A DNA stretch of 64,000 bases from Candidatus Poriferihabitaceae bacterium (GTDB lineage Bacteria; Pseudomonadota; Gammaproteobacteria; Arenicellales; Poriferihabitantaceae). The notes under the pieces were generated by a model, which saw only the letters and a program-made list of their open reading frames with translations, was not told where the DNA came from and did no database searches. Shown here one piece after another: positions 9,567-19,924 of the stretch; the first letter of the stretch is position 1, and each line of letters starts with the position of its first letter. Made by a program: the position numbers and the translations under genes. The stretch is from NCBI GenBank assembly GCA_965237995.1, contig CBDEGO010000006.1:363208-427207 (forward strand). The letters are read 5' to 3'.

Positions 9567-10847
9567 ATGACAGCAAACAGTGTTACCCAAAGCGATCTGC
9601 ATCGTTATTTCCAATCGATTGGCCAACAAGCACGTTGTGCCAGCCGAGTTATTGCGGCGGCTGATACCGGTGTTAAAAATAAAGCGCTGATACACATCGC
9701 CAAGCAACTAACGGACAATAGCGCTCAATTATTGGCACAAAACGCGCAAGACTTAGAAGATGGCGAAACCAAACAGTTAAGCGCTGCGCTACTTGACCGA
9801 TTAGCACTTGATACTGACCGGATAGAAGCGATGTCTGAGGGCTTACGTCAAATCGCAGCCTTACCTGATCCAGTAGGCGAGTTAACTGACATGAGCTATA
9901 GGCCGAGTGGTATACAGGTTGGCAAAATGCGGGTGCCGCTTGGGGTCATCGGGATAATTTATGAATCTCGTCCCAACGTAACAGCAGATGCTGCAGCGCT
10001 TTGTTTAAAGTCTGGCAATGCTGCCATTTTACGTGGGGGCTCTGAGGCGGTTCACTCGAATTCCGCCATTGCACAATGCATCACCGCAGGCTTAGAAGCA
10101 GCTGGCTTACCCAGCCATAGCATTCAAGTGTTGAACAACACGGATCGAACCTTAGTTGACCAGATGATTACGGCAGAGGACTATGTTGACATCATCATCC
10201 CACGAGGGGGAAAGGGTTTAATCGAACGTATTAGCAAACAGGCTAGCGTCCCAGTGATAAAGCACCTCGACGGCATTTGCCATGTGTATATTGATAACGA
10301 CGCAGATATCGAAAAGGCAAGTAAAGTAGCCTATAACGCCAAGGCGAGACGTTATGGGGTCTGCGGAGCAATGGAAACACTGTTAATCCATACCGATGTC
10401 ACAGCACAAACATTACAAACATTAGAACCTCTGTTCCAAGATAAAGGCATTGAATTACGTGCTTGTGAACGTTCCATAGGGCATCTTAGCAACGCTAAAC
10501 ACGCCTGCGAAGCAGATTGGTCGATCGAGTATTTAGATAGTATCTTATCCATTAAAGTTGTGGATGATATCGGAGCCGCTATCACGCATATCAATCAGTA
10601 CGGTTCGGGGCATACCGACTCAATCCTGACTGAGAGCCTGGGCAAAGCAAACCAGTTTTTACGCGAAGTTGATTCAAGCTCCGTCATGGTGAACGCATCA
10701 ACGCAGTTTGCAGATGGCTTTGAATATGGTTTAGGTGCTGAAATCGGAATCAGCACAAATAAGCTGCACGTGCGTGGTCCAGTTGGTCTTGAAGGGCTAA
10801 CTTGTCAAAAATATATTGTGATCGGCGATGGCCATATTCGACCTTAA
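9567..10847 (+). CDS. proA: gamma-glutamyl phosphate reductase
   Basis: [71 protein letters not shown]. Confidence 0.97.
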   Translation: MTANSVTQSDLHRYFQSIGQQARCASRVIAAADTGVKNKALIHIAKQLTDNSAQLLAQNAQDLEDGETKQLSAALLDRLALDTDRIEAMSEGLRQIAALPDPVGELTDMSYRPSGIQVGKMRVPLGVIGIIYESRPNVTADAAALCLKSGNAAILRGGSEAVHSNSAIAQCITAGLEAAGLPSHSIQVLNNTDRTLVDQMITAEDYVDIIIPRGGKGLIERISKQASVPVIKHLDGICHVYIDNDADIEKASKVAYNAKARRYGVCGAMETLLIHTDVTAQTLQTLEPLFQDKGIELRACERSIGHLSNAKHACEADWSIEYLDSILSIKVVDDIGAAITHINQYGSGHTDSILTESLGKANQFLREVDSSSVMVNASTQFADGFEYGLGAEIGISTNKLHVRGPVGLEGLTCQKYIVIGDGHIRP

Positions 10848-10871
10848 TTTAAATTAGACGGCAATAGCCAT

Positions 10872-12281
10872 TCAAACGCTCTGCTGATCTGTCTCTATTA
10901 AGCGAGTTGAAATGCCTGCGGCTAGCAGCGAGGCCTTAAATGTGGCCGATTTTTTTGCAGTAGACTGTACGTCCTCCCAATAGTCGCAGTCATCTAACTT
11001 AGGCAAGCGGTGTAGTTTAATCCCAAGTGCACTTGCATTGTTTAGCAGCCGTGCAAAAACTGTATGCGAACCCCATTCTATGCGATGAAATAGATCTTTA
11101 CTAACCTTCGGCACGCCTAAAAAGTAGAACCCGCCATCATGAGTTGGGCCGACTACACTTTTGCCGACGGACATAAGTGCATAGGCTTGCTGTAACACGG
11201 CCTCGCTGATTTCTGGTATATCTGCACCTACGACAGCTGCCATCGAAGAGGTCTGCAACCCTTGTTCGATGGCATTCCACATACGTTCGCCTAAGTCATC
11301 GCCATCTTGCAAAATGGTTGCAAAATCATATTGTCGTAAAAGCGTTTGAAATGAGGGGTGTGAGTCATCAGGGGTGATTGCAAGGCAAGTTTTGCCAGGC
11401 CAACTGGCCGCTAGTTCTGTGCAAACGCGTTGCAGCAAAATGTCTGCAATTTGTGCGGCTTGGGTAGGGTCTAACGGAGGGCAAAGACGGCTTTTTACTT
11501 GACCCGCCACGGGCGCCTTAGCGAATACAAACACCGATATCGGTCTGTCAGTGGTTTGTTGAACCAGCCCACCTTGTTGGTAAGACAGCGCCAACTCCTT
11601 CGGCGATGCGCCAACAAAGTATCTAAATCGTAACCACCACATAGTTAAAATGGTGCTTCCTATTCCATTTTGTTGCCAACGTCTAGCAGAGGTAATCACG
11701 GGCAACGGGACGGCACATATCGGACCTAGGCGCTTTAACTTTTTAGACATTGCCACGTCTTCCATTAGCTCAATTTGGTCGAAGCCGTCAACGATATCGT
11801 AAGCCTCCCTAGTCATGAACATGGCTTGGTCTCCCGTCGCAATATGAGTGATTGCTGAGCGCTTGTTCATCAACCATTCGATTACCCTAAATGGTAAGCG
11901 TTGATCGTTCAGGCGAACATCAAATCGCCCCCAGTGATATCCAGCTTCTCGTGCATTCATCACGGTTTCAATCGCTGCGTCGGGTAACTGCGTATCGGCA
12001 TGTAGAAACAATAATATGACACCATGGGCTTGTTGCGCGCCGATGTTCATTTGCTGGCCGCGACCCTTCACTTGAGAATACAGAGCGATTACATTCTCTT
12101 GTTGCGCAAATGAACTAATCGCTAAGCGACAGTCATCATTATCACTTGAATCGACTATGATGACTTCGGCAACACCGGCAGTTTGGGCTAATCCAGATAA
12201 ACCCCTGATTACATTAGGGGGTTCATTATAAGTTGGGATAATGATAGACACCCCATTTGGAACAGCCAACGACTCAGACAT
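10872..12281 (-). CDS. fused glycosyltransferase: N-terminal GT2 (TIGR04283-like) plus C-terminal DUF2064/TIGR04282-like domain
   Basis: N-half: SIIIPTYNE, GRGQQMNIGA, LFLHADT, ATGDQAMF, LMEDV, TSARRW. C-half: VFAKAPVAGQVKSRL, QDGDDLGERM, VGADIP, VVGPTHDGGFYFLG, LDDCD. Confidence 0.85.
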   Translation of the reverse strand: MSESLAVPNGVSIIIPTYNEPPNVIRGLSGLAQTAGVAEVIIVDSSDNDDCRLAISSFAQQENVIALYSQVKGRGQQMNIGAQQAHGVILLFLHADTQLPDAAIETVMNAREAGYHWGRFDVRLNDQRLPFRVIEWLMNKRSAITHIATGDQAMFMTREAYDIVDGFDQIELMEDVAMSKKLKRLGPICAVPLPVITSARRWQQNGIGSTILTMWWLRFRYFVGASPKELALSYQQGGLVQQTTDRPISVFVFAKAPVAGQVKSRLCPPLDPTQAAQIADILLQRVCTELAASWPGKTCLAITPDDSHPSFQTLLRQYDFATILQDGDDLGERMWNAIEQGLQTSSMAAVVGADIPEISEAVLQQAYALMSVGKSVVGPTHDGGFYFLGVPKVSKDLFHRIEWGSHTVFARLLNNASALGIKLHRLPKLDDCDYWEDVQSTAKKSATFKASLLAAGISTRLIETDQQSV

Positions 12282-12894
12282 TATGCTCAGGTTGGGCGGG
12301 GTCTGCTTTACGCCATATCAACAATCGATTGTTGGCGGGCATCGCTTTGTCCTCAATTAACATTAGACCTCCTGCATTGGCTATGCTATCCACAGCCTCA
12401 AAGGGTCGAATTGCACTGTCGGGGTTTTGCTGCTTTAACCATTTGTCAAAGTCTGCATTACTTTGAGAGGTATATTGACCGCCATAGTTGAATGGGCCGT
12501 AGAGCATTAAATAACCGCCTTGGTGAATTGCGCTAGCCGCGCCTGCGATAAATTGATTAGCCGCCTGCCAGCTCATTATATGGAGCGCATTCGCGCTATA
12601 AATAGCTGACACTTGTTTTCGTTCCCAGTCAAATGTTTCTACGTTTAATGCTATGGGGTGTTTAACATTAGGTAGCTGGCTATGCTCGATCCACGCTGAA
12701 ATACCCTGGTGATTCATCACTAAATCACTGGTTTGCCAGTACAAATGTGACAGAGACTTCGCAAAGTGTACAGCATGCTGGCCGGTACCACTGCCAACTT
12801 CTAGTACTTCTTCTACGTCTAGGAGGTAGGGTGTTATCCCGGTTAATATCGCCTCCTTATTGTTCTCACAAGCCTGAGAAAAGGGCAACTGCAT
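12274..12894 (-). CDS. DUF938-family SAM-dependent methyltransferase
   Basis: FSQACENNK, VLEVGSGTGQHA, ANALHIMSW, YGPF...G.YTSQSNADFD.WLK, MPANN. Confidence 0.9.
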   Translation of the reverse strand: MQLPFSQACENNKEAILTGITPYLLDVEEVLEVGSGTGQHAVHFAKSLSHLYWQTSDLVMNHQGISAWIEHSQLPNVKHPIALNVETFDWERKQVSAIYSANALHIMSWQAANQFIAGAASAIHQGGYLMLYGPFNYGGQYTSQSNADFDKWLKQQNPDSAIRPFEAVDSIANAGGLMLIEDKAMPANNRLLIWRKADPAQPEHNV

Positions 12895-12898
12895 CTTG

Positions 12899-13762
12899 CT
12901 AAGCGCTCTTTAGCGGCAAATATTTCAAGGGGTTAACCGGTCTTCCATCTTTACGAATTTCAAAGTGCAGCTTGGTCGTGTTAGTCCCGGTGCTACCCAC
13001 TTCAGCGATCTTTTGGCCCTGGCGAATGGTTTCACCTTCTTTAACTAACATGGTTTTATTGTGTGCATAGGCACTTAAAAACTCGTTAGAGTGTTGAATA
13101 ATGATCAATTGACCGTAACCGCGGATGCCGTTGCCAGCATAGACCACTTGTCCCTCTGCGGCTGCGGCGACGGGCGATGCATTGGCCGCTGCTATTTGAA
13201 TGCCATTAATTCCCTTCTTCAAAGAAAAGGTTTGAATTAGCTTCCCCTTGGTTGGCCATATCCACCCGCCTACTTTAGGTGGTAGTGCAACTTTAGGTAG
13301 AGGCGAAGAGGCAGCTTGCTTAGGTTTTGACACCTCAGTTTGTTGCTCGATATTTTGTGGTTCGGGGGATAATGTCGGCTCATTAGGAAAATCTGGATCA
13401 CTATACTCCGTTGGCTTTGGCCGTAATCTGAGCTTCGTACCGACATAGATAGTGTAAGGCGCTTTTAGGTCATTCCATCTGGCTAAATCATTCACATCAA
13501 CGCCTGAGCGAAACGCGATGGCAAAGAGCGTATCTCCACTGAGTACTGAATAAGAGGCTTGGTTTTTCGAAACAGGAGATAAATCCATCACCGGCGCCGT
13601 CGGGTGAGTACCGCAAGCCGCGATACTATATATAACAACTAAGATGCTTAGCTTCTTAAGCGAATGAAATGTCTTTTTGAGAGATGCGATCAAGGGTAAG
13701 TGAGTTAGGCCGTGTTTAAGTAGACGTATTTTATGCGAAAGACGCAATTTTGTACTAACCAT
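12899..13762 (-). CDS. nlpD: LysM/M23 lipoprotein (NlpD-like); true start may be downstream
   Basis: Lipobox IAAC, LysM (YSVLSGDTLFAIA), WIWPTKG, VVYAGNGIRGYG, YAHN, LHFEIR. Confidence 0.8.
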   Translation of the reverse strand: MVSTKLRLSHKIRLLKHGLTHLPLIASLKKTFHSLKKLSILVVIYSIAACGTHPTAPVMDLSPVSKNQASYSVLSGDTLFAIAFRSGVDVNDLARWNDLKAPYTIYVGTKLRLRPKPTEYSDPDFPNEPTLSPEPQNIEQQTEVSKPKQAASSPLPKVALPPKVGGWIWPTKGKLIQTFSLKKGINGIQIAAANASPVAAAAEGQVVYAGNGIRGYGQLIIIQHSNEFLSAYAHNKTMLVKEGETIRQGQKIAEVGSTGTNTTKLHFEIRKDGRPVNPLKYLPLKSA

Positions 13763-13796
13763 TCGCTAATTTTAAAGGGATTGATCACGCAGTGAA

Positions 13797-13825
13797 CTTG
13801 AAATTTAACCAATTTAGCCTTATCT
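13797..13825 (+). promoter_or_regulatory. possible sigma-32 promoter
   Basis: CTTGAAA-N14-CCTTATCT upstream of the DUF4389 gene; the -10 box has two mismatches to consensus. Confidence 0.35.
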
Positions 13826-13904
13826 TTAGGTAGTTATCACTCCCAGCTCAATACAGATTCTTATTGGCTAGGAGCGTTCCTTTTCGAATTAATTGAGAAA
13901 ACCA

Positions 13905-14183
13905 ATGAGCGATCTTAAAACTAAATTACTTAACCCAAGTCACTGGCTGCGACTATTGATCATGATATTAATGTGCTTTATCCTTGCCATTGCAGTCTGT
14001 TACTTGGTCCCCATTATTTTCATAGTCCAATGGGTGTTATCTCTTTTCACGGGTGAGCAAAATGCGCGACTTAAAAGCTTTTCATCGAGCTTAAATACCT
14101 ACCTACATCAAATCTTACAGTATTTAAGTTTCCATTCAGACGAAGCCCCTTTCCCAATGTCTGATTGGCCAAGCGCTAGCTAG
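13905..14183 (+). CDS. DUF4389-family small membrane protein
   Basis: WLRLLIMIL...VQWVLSLFTGEQNARLKSFSSSL..YL.QILQYLSF.SDEAPFPMSDWP. Confidence 0.85.
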   Translation: MSDLKTKLLNPSHWLRLLIMILMCFILAIAVCYLVPIIFIVQWVLSLFTGEQNARLKSFSSSLNTYLHQILQYLSFHSDEAPFPMSDWPSAS

Positions 14184-14343
14184 TTTACTACTGTATTTTT
14201 GTAATAGAGCGCCTTGCTGTTGCGGGCGCCTAAATCAGCCTATCACCGATAGCTGTAAGGGAATAGCGATATTTAAACTTGCAGTGTTCACCGCTTCGTG
14301 TTCGCGTTAAAATTGTCAAAACGAAATCGCGAGCTGAACTCAG

Positions 14344-15393
14344 ATGAATATTGCTTTTCAAACACTGCACCTCAAAAAACGCTTCCCGCTAGCCATTAGT
14401 CGGGGGGTGCGCACTGGGTCTGATAACCTCTTTATTTCTATCACTCAAGACGGTATTACCGGAATTGGAGAAATGGCGCCGGGGTCTACCGAAGGAGCCA
14501 ACACGCCTGAGTTGGGCCAGCAAGCACTCGAAGTGTTTTTACGAACATCCATTGATGGATTAAGCCCGGCGCAAGTGTATGACCGCGCTCGAGAACAAGA
14601 CGTACCCGCCTGCGCTTTAGCAGCCCTTGATATCGCATTATGGGACTTGCAAGCTAAAACAGTCAATCGTCCCTTATTCGAACATCTTAATTTGGGTAAA
14701 CCAACCGTACCCACCTCAGTAACCATCGGGATTAATCCACCTGAAGTGGTTAAAGAACGCGTTCCTTTATTGCTAGATGGCAGCAGTGTAAAGTCACTCA
14801 AGATAAAACTAGGGTCACCAGAGGGTATCGAAGCGGATAAGGCCATGTACGCTCAAGTGGTTGAAAGTACACGCGGGCGCAACGTTCAATTAAGGGTGGA
14901 TGCCAATGGAGGTTGGGATGTAAGCGAAGCGCAAGTCATGATGAAGTGGATTGCTGAGCGCGGAGCGGATTACATCGAGCAACCACTTAAAGAAGGCGCG
15001 GAAGAGGGTCTGCCGACATTGTATAAAAACCGCGCTTTACCCATCTATTTAGATGAGTCCTGTCGTTACTCAGAAGATGTTGGCAAATGGGCGCACTGCG
15101 TGGATGGCGTCAACATGAAGCTGATGAAATGCGGCGGTATTACCGAAGCCTTACGCATTATTGAACAAGCTAAACAACATGGATTAAAGACAATGATCGG
15201 TTGTATGGGCGAATCCTCCATTTCCATTTCCGCTGCAGCAGCGCTCACCGGGGCCATTGATCATATCGACCTTGATTCCCATTTGAATTTAGCGCCTGAC
15301 CCGTGTACTGGTGCGACGTTGCAAGAGGGCATTATGATGCCAAATGACTTACCTGGCCATGGCGGCGCTATCAAGCCTGAATTTTCAGCCTAA
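14344..15393 (+). CDS. enolase-superfamily dipeptide epimerase / N-acetyl-D-Glu racemase (DgcA/YcjG-like)
   Basis: AISRG, KIKLG, RVDANGGW, IEQP, DES, NMKLMKCGG, GCMGE, DLD; adjacent to a DUF1611 gene. Confidence 0.9.
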   Translation: MNIAFQTLHLKKRFPLAISRGVRTGSDNLFISITQDGITGIGEMAPGSTEGANTPELGQQALEVFLRTSIDGLSPAQVYDRAREQDVPACALAALDIALWDLQAKTVNRPLFEHLNLGKPTVPTSVTIGINPPEVVKERVPLLLDGSSVKSLKIKLGSPEGIEADKAMYAQVVESTRGRNVQLRVDANGGWDVSEAQVMMKWIAERGADYIEQPLKEGAEEGLPTLYKNRALPIYLDESCRYSEDVGKWAHCVDGVNMKLMKCGGITEALRIIEQAKQHGLKTMIGCMGESSISISAAAALTGAIDHIDLDSHLNLAPDPCTGATLQEGIMMPNDLPGHGGAIKPEFSA

Positions 15394-15423
15394 AATAGAC
15401 CTGCAAAAACACAGACGAAGTAC

Positions 15424-16461
15424 ATGTTAAATAAAAATCAAAAAATCGCGTTATACATGGAAGGCAGCCTAGGTAGCGACTATGGCAAAATGGGTTATGG
15501 GGTGATGCGTTACATCACTAACCCAATTGTTTGCGTCATTGATTCAAGCCACCACGGCAAGAGGGTTAAAGACGTCTGTGCGGTGCCTGCGGATATTCCC
15601 GTGATCTCTAGCATCAGCGAAGCCCATCAATTAGGGGCTGAAGTCTTGGTGTTGGGAACAGCGCCTTCAGGCGGCAAGGTCCCAGAAGAGTGGTATCCTC
15701 CCATCGAACATGCCTTGAGTCTTGGAATGAGTTTAGTCAATGGTTTGCATGACCCTTTAAGTGAACTATTTGCTGACAAAGTACAAAACGATGCGCAGTG
15801 GATATGGGACACCCGAACACCGAGCTTTATTCCAGCCATCGCCACCGCTAAAGCCGCAGCGCTAAATAATAAGAGAGTGTTATTCGTCGGCACGGATATG
15901 GCCATCGGCAAGATGACCGCGGGCCTTGAAATATATGACTGGGTAAAGCAAAAAAAACCATCCAGTGCCTTTATTGCGACCGGGCAAATTGGTATTACGG
16001 TGACTGGGCGGGGCATTCCTCTCGATGCGTTTAAAGTTGACCATGCTTGTGGCGCCGTAGAGTCAGCCGTTATGGATGCAGCGGATAACGACTATATCTT
16101 TGTTGAAGGCCAAGGCTCGCTGCTACATCCCGGTAGCAGCGCTACTTTGTCGTTAATGCGTGGCAGTTGCGCTAATCGTTTGGTTATGTGCCATCGCGGC
16201 GGTATGAATACGCTACGAAAACCCGAGCATATTAAGATACCTCCAATGAAGGAATTCATTCAATTAAATGAGCACCTCGCCAGTGTTTGCGGCTCCCTGA
16301 CTACACCTAAAACCATTGGCATAGCGTTGAATAGCGTGATGTTAACGCCCCAAGAAACAGAGACAGAAATCAAGCGGCTTGAAGATGAAACAGGCTTGCC
16401 CGTAGACGATGTGGTTAGAAACGGGGCAGAGAAATTAGGTTCGGCTTTATTAAACTCGTAA
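15424..16461 (+). CDS. DUF1611 protein (DgcN-like D-glutamate N-acetyltransferase)
   Basis: GKMGYG..RY, GTAPSGG, NGLH, VGTDMAIGKMT, ATGQIGI, VEGQGSLLHP. Confidence 0.9.
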   Translation: MLNKNQKIALYMEGSLGSDYGKMGYGVMRYITNPIVCVIDSSHHGKRVKDVCAVPADIPVISSISEAHQLGAEVLVLGTAPSGGKVPEEWYPPIEHALSLGMSLVNGLHDPLSELFADKVQNDAQWIWDTRTPSFIPAIATAKAAALNNKRVLFVGTDMAIGKMTAGLEIYDWVKQKKPSSAFIATGQIGITVTGRGIPLDAFKVDHACGAVESAVMDAADNDYIFVEGQGSLLHPGSSATLSLMRGSCANRLVMCHRGGMNTLRKPEHIKIPPMKEFIQLNEHLASVCGSLTTPKTIGIALNSVMLTPQETETEIKRLEDETGLPVDDVVRNGAEKLGSALLNS

Positions 16462-16479
16462 CTGAAAAGAGATGAGCCA

Positions 16480-16746
16480 CTAATGCTCGACTTGTTTTAA
16501 CGGCTGTATCAATCCAGTTAAGCCATGAATATGCAGCTCCAAAGCTAATTGCATTAAGTCACCTAATTGGCCTTTAGGAAAGGCCTCTTTTTTAACAAAC
16601 CAAAGCAAGTAGGCTTCAGGTAAATCAATCACCATTCGCCCTTGGTATTTGCCAAATGGCATCTTTGTTGTGGCTAGCTTTTTTAAATTGTTAGGGTTAA
16701 GAATATCCGACGTAAACGGTGCCAATTCAGCAGCTTCATCAACCAT
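16480..16746 (-). CDS. DUF3820-family protein
   Basis: MPFGKYQGR..IDLPEAYLLWF...FPKGQLG.LM. Confidence 0.9.
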   Translation of the reverse strand: MVDEAAELAPFTSDILNPNNLKKLATTKMPFGKYQGRMVIDLPEAYLLWFVKKEAFPKGQLGDLMQLALELHIHGLTGLIQPLKQVEH

Positions 16747-16761
16747 ATTAACAACGAACGG

Positions 16762-17148
16762 TTAGTCTAACGCGTCTACTAAGCTTTTCAAGTAAGCGAT
16801 GCGGGTGTTCATCTCTTCTTCAAGCCGATTAATTTCATCAGTGATAATTTCTTTGCTTTCAGATCGAGAATGCTTGCTTTTCACAATGCGTGACAATTCA
16901 TCCGTCACCTTATTTAGAAACGGTGAAATTTCATGTACCGTGGCGGTTTCGTTACGCCCACTATCCACCACGACCATTTTTTGTGCCCGCCCAAACTTAA
17001 ATTTCTTACTTACCGGCAACAAAGAACCTTTGGTGCGTTTATAAACAATGCGGAGAATATCAACGTTATTTATTGTCTGTAAAGAATATCTAGAAATCTG
17101 TGAAGGGTTTGTTATTCCCATCTCAGTCAAAGCGGGGTAATCGGCCAT
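16762..17148 (-). CDS. DUF3461 (YaeH-like) protein
   Basis: YPAL.EMGI..P.QI.RYSL......DILRI.YKR.KGSLL..SKKFKF.R. Confidence 0.85.
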   Translation of the reverse strand: MADYPALTEMGITNPSQISRYSLQTINNVDILRIVYKRTKGSLLPVSKKFKFGRAQKMVVVDSGRNETATVHEISPFLNKVTDELSRIVKSKHSRSESKEIITDEINRLEEEMNTRIAYLKSLVDALD

Positions 17149-17271
17149 AATGCGGTATAAGTTCAGGTTAACTAAGTAGTCACACTATAGGCGAAGTAAC
17201 AGGGTATCGCAATTGGATAATTTGACACCTTAAATATACTTAGACGGTGTATTGGGCGTTCAAACAAACAT

Positions 17272-18138
17272 TTAGTCTGGTTCACTTTGATGGGATGCTT
17301 TTGTCATCGTAATGATGGCCACACCGACTAAGGCCAGCAAACCACCCAACGCTATTTTATGGGTGAGTGATTCGCCTAAAAAGAACACGCCACCTAATAC
17401 AGAAGTGACGGGTAGTAACAGCAAAAACGGCATCACCTTATTGATTGGATATAAACCAAGTAGGCGATACCAGATTGCATAGGCCAATGTCGTCATCATT
17501 ATGCCCAGATAAGCAACAGCAGCCCACGCTTCAAGCGGTGCGGTTTGAATTTGGGTGAGTAGACCTTCTTCAAGCAAAGCGGAAGCGACAAAAAGTTGCG
17601 GCGCTGCGAGTACGGCAATGCCACTGATCAAATTAAAGCCACCCAGGTCGCCCAGTTTTTTGATCATGACTTGGCCAACAGCCCAAGTCAAAGCCCCTGC
17701 AATAACTAAAAACACATACTTCAAATCGTTCGAAAGCTTGGGCTCACCAATGATTAATACCGCACCAATAAATGCGACGGCTACTCCAATAACTTGATGA
17801 AGGCTCAACTTTTCGCCCAATAATAACCAAGCGGCTAGTAAACCAAATGGGACTTCTAGCTGCACTAATAAAGCCGAGGTTGACGCGGCAACACCCGCAA
17901 CGCCAGAGAACGTTAGGCTGTATTGTAGTGTTGCGCTAATCAGCGCGACTACAAACAATTGTTTTAATAGCTTACGTGATGGCGGGAAAAACCAAACTAA
18001 GCACAAAGCCGTTACACTAAAACGAAGCGCCATTAATAATATGGGTGTGAAATGGTCCATTCCTGCCTTGGCGACGATGAAACCCATCCCCCACAAAACA
18101 GCGACCGTGATGGCGCCGAAAACATCAATTAATTTCAT
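17272..18138 (-). CDS. EamA/DMT-family exporter
   Basis: About 10 TM segments; WG..F..AK, P.LL.ALRF, AY.IWY.LL..YP...V.PF.LL.P. Confidence 0.9.
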   Translation of the reverse strand: MKLIDVFGAITVAVLWGMGFIVAKAGMDHFTPILLMALRFSVTALCLVWFFPPSRKLLKQLFVVALISATLQYSLTFSGVAGVAASTSALLVQLEVPFGLLAAWLLLGEKLSLHQVIGVAVAFIGAVLIIGEPKLSNDLKYVFLVIAGALTWAVGQVMIKKLGDLGGFNLISGIAVLAAPQLFVASALLEEGLLTQIQTAPLEAWAAVAYLGIMMTTLAYAIWYRLLGLYPINKVMPFLLLLPVTSVLGGVFFLGESLTHKIALGGLLALVGVAIITMTKASHQSEPD

Positions 18139-18405
18139 TTTGGCAGGTGCATTGACAAGAAAGTTGTTCTAGCAAAGCGTAAGCCGCAGCGTACTCAATG
18201 TCTATTTAAATTAACGCAATATTGACTTGAGGTTTGCCGTTGTAAACGGATTTCCTTTATTAAAAATCAGACAGGAGCCTGAAAAAGCAACGTACTAAAT
18301 TTTTATGACCATTCATAATTCACTTCGGTTGCAAACGATTACATGCTTATCAAACCGCTAGTTTCTGGCATACTCGACAACAATAAAACCTAGCGACTTA
18401 TAGAC

Positions 18406-19902
18406 ATAGCAACCATTGCCGTAGCCGGTTGGCAGCACGAAACCAACACCTTTGCCACGATAAAAGCTGACTTAGCAGCCTTTGAGCGAGCCGATGAATG
18501 GCCTCCGTTAGCCTGTGCTAATGAGATGCTTGACGCAGTTAAAGGCGTACATTTGCCTATCAACGGGGCCATCGATTACTTACGCGCTCACCACCATACC
18601 GTCGTCCCGGTGCTGTGGTGTTCAGCGACGCCCTGTGCACATGTCACTGAGCAAGCATTTGAAACCATTATCCAACGCTTGCTTGACCAACTTCAAGCTG
18701 TAATGCCGATTGATGGTCTTTATCTTGACTTGCATGGGGCAATGGTCTGTGAGCACCTGCAAGATGGTGAAGGTGAAATATTGGCACGTATTCGAGGCCT
18801 TGTTGGTGACCAGTTACCGATATCTGTTAGCTTAGATTTGCACGCGAATGTCACGCCCAAAATGGTTGAACACGCCAGCATAATCGATATTTTTAGAACG
18901 TACCCGCATATCGATATGGGGGAAACGGGTACTCGCGCAGCACGACACCTTGAACGGCTAATCTCTGATAGCAGGCCATTGTATAAAGCCTTCAGACAAG
19001 CCCAGTTCATTATCCCGCTCAATTGGGGCTGCACCGTTATCGAGCCAGCAAAAACGTTATACAACACGCTAGAAACTCTACCCAATGAGCATACACCCTG
19101 CGTCGCATTTGCTTGCGGTTTTCATTTATCTGATATTTACGATGTTGGGCCTTCGGTATTGGCTTACAGTTACACGCAAGAGGCGGCTGACCAGTCAGCC
19201 GAGCACCTACTGCAACAAATACATGAAAGTGAGCCGCTGTTCGGCGGGAAGATTTGGGCTACTGATGCAGGTGTGGCCCATGCGATTAAACATGCTGATA
19301 AGCAACAAGGCCCTGTCATTATTGCAGACACCCAGGACAACCCAGGCGGCGGCGGGCCAGGAGACACCACGGGTTTGTTGCAATCACTCCTTAAACTAGG
19401 CGCTCAAGACACGTTGCTCGGCGTGATTAGTGACCCCGCTACCGCGGCGAAAGCTCATAAGCTTGGTATAGGAAAACGCTTCGACACGCTACTAGGTGAA
19501 CAAGCAGGCTTACCAGACCACACGCCTTTCGCCACATCAGTTAAGGTGCTTAATTTGAGTGATGGACACTTTACCGCAACCGGCCCCATGTACAAGGGTG
19601 CGCGAATTGAGATTGGTCTTTGCGCCTTGTTACAAATTGAAGGCATTACTGTACTGGTTTCTTCAAACGCAGTCCAAGTCGCTGATCAAGAAATTTTCAA
19701 ACACATTGGAGTAGACCCTAGTCAACAATCTATTGTCGCCCTAAAAAGTTCTGTGCACTTTCGTAACGATTTTACCGAGATGGCCAGTGACATATTAATC
19801 GTAGCGGCTCCTGGCCCAGTGTACGCAGACCCCGCTGCCCTATCCTTCGACAACATTCGATCTGATATCCGCCTAGCACCTAACGGAAGAGCATACGCTT
19901 AG
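18406..19902 (+). CDS. M81-family metallopeptidase (MlrC-like); conserved N-terminus begins at a non-ATG (ATA) codon
   Basis: In-frame IATIAVAGWQHETNTF lies upstream of the first ATG (18526); LDLHGAM, LDLHANVT, RTYPHIDM, ADTQDNPGGG, LKSSVHFR. Confidence 0.88.
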   Translation: MATIAVAGWQHETNTFATIKADLAAFERADEWPPLACANEMLDAVKGVHLPINGAIDYLRAHHHTVVPVLWCSATPCAHVTEQAFETIIQRLLDQLQAVMPIDGLYLDLHGAMVCEHLQDGEGEILARIRGLVGDQLPISVSLDLHANVTPKMVEHASIIDIFRTYPHIDMGETGTRAARHLERLISDSRPLYKAFRQAQFIIPLNWGCTVIEPAKTLYNTLETLPNEHTPCVAFACGFHLSDIYDVGPSVLAYSYTQEAADQSAEHLLQQIHESEPLFGGKIWATDAGVAHAIKHADKQQGPVIIADTQDNPGGGGPGDTTGLLQSLLKLGAQDTLLGVISDPATAAKAHKLGIGKRFDTLLGEQAGLPDHTPFATSVKVLNLSDGHFTATGPMYKGARIEIGLCALLQIEGITVLVSSNAVQVADQEIFKHIGVDPSQQSIVALKSSVHFRNDFTEMASDILIVAAPGPVYADPAALSFDNIRSDIRLAPNGRAYA

Positions 19903-19924
19903 CTAAGGCAATAAGCCAACTTGT

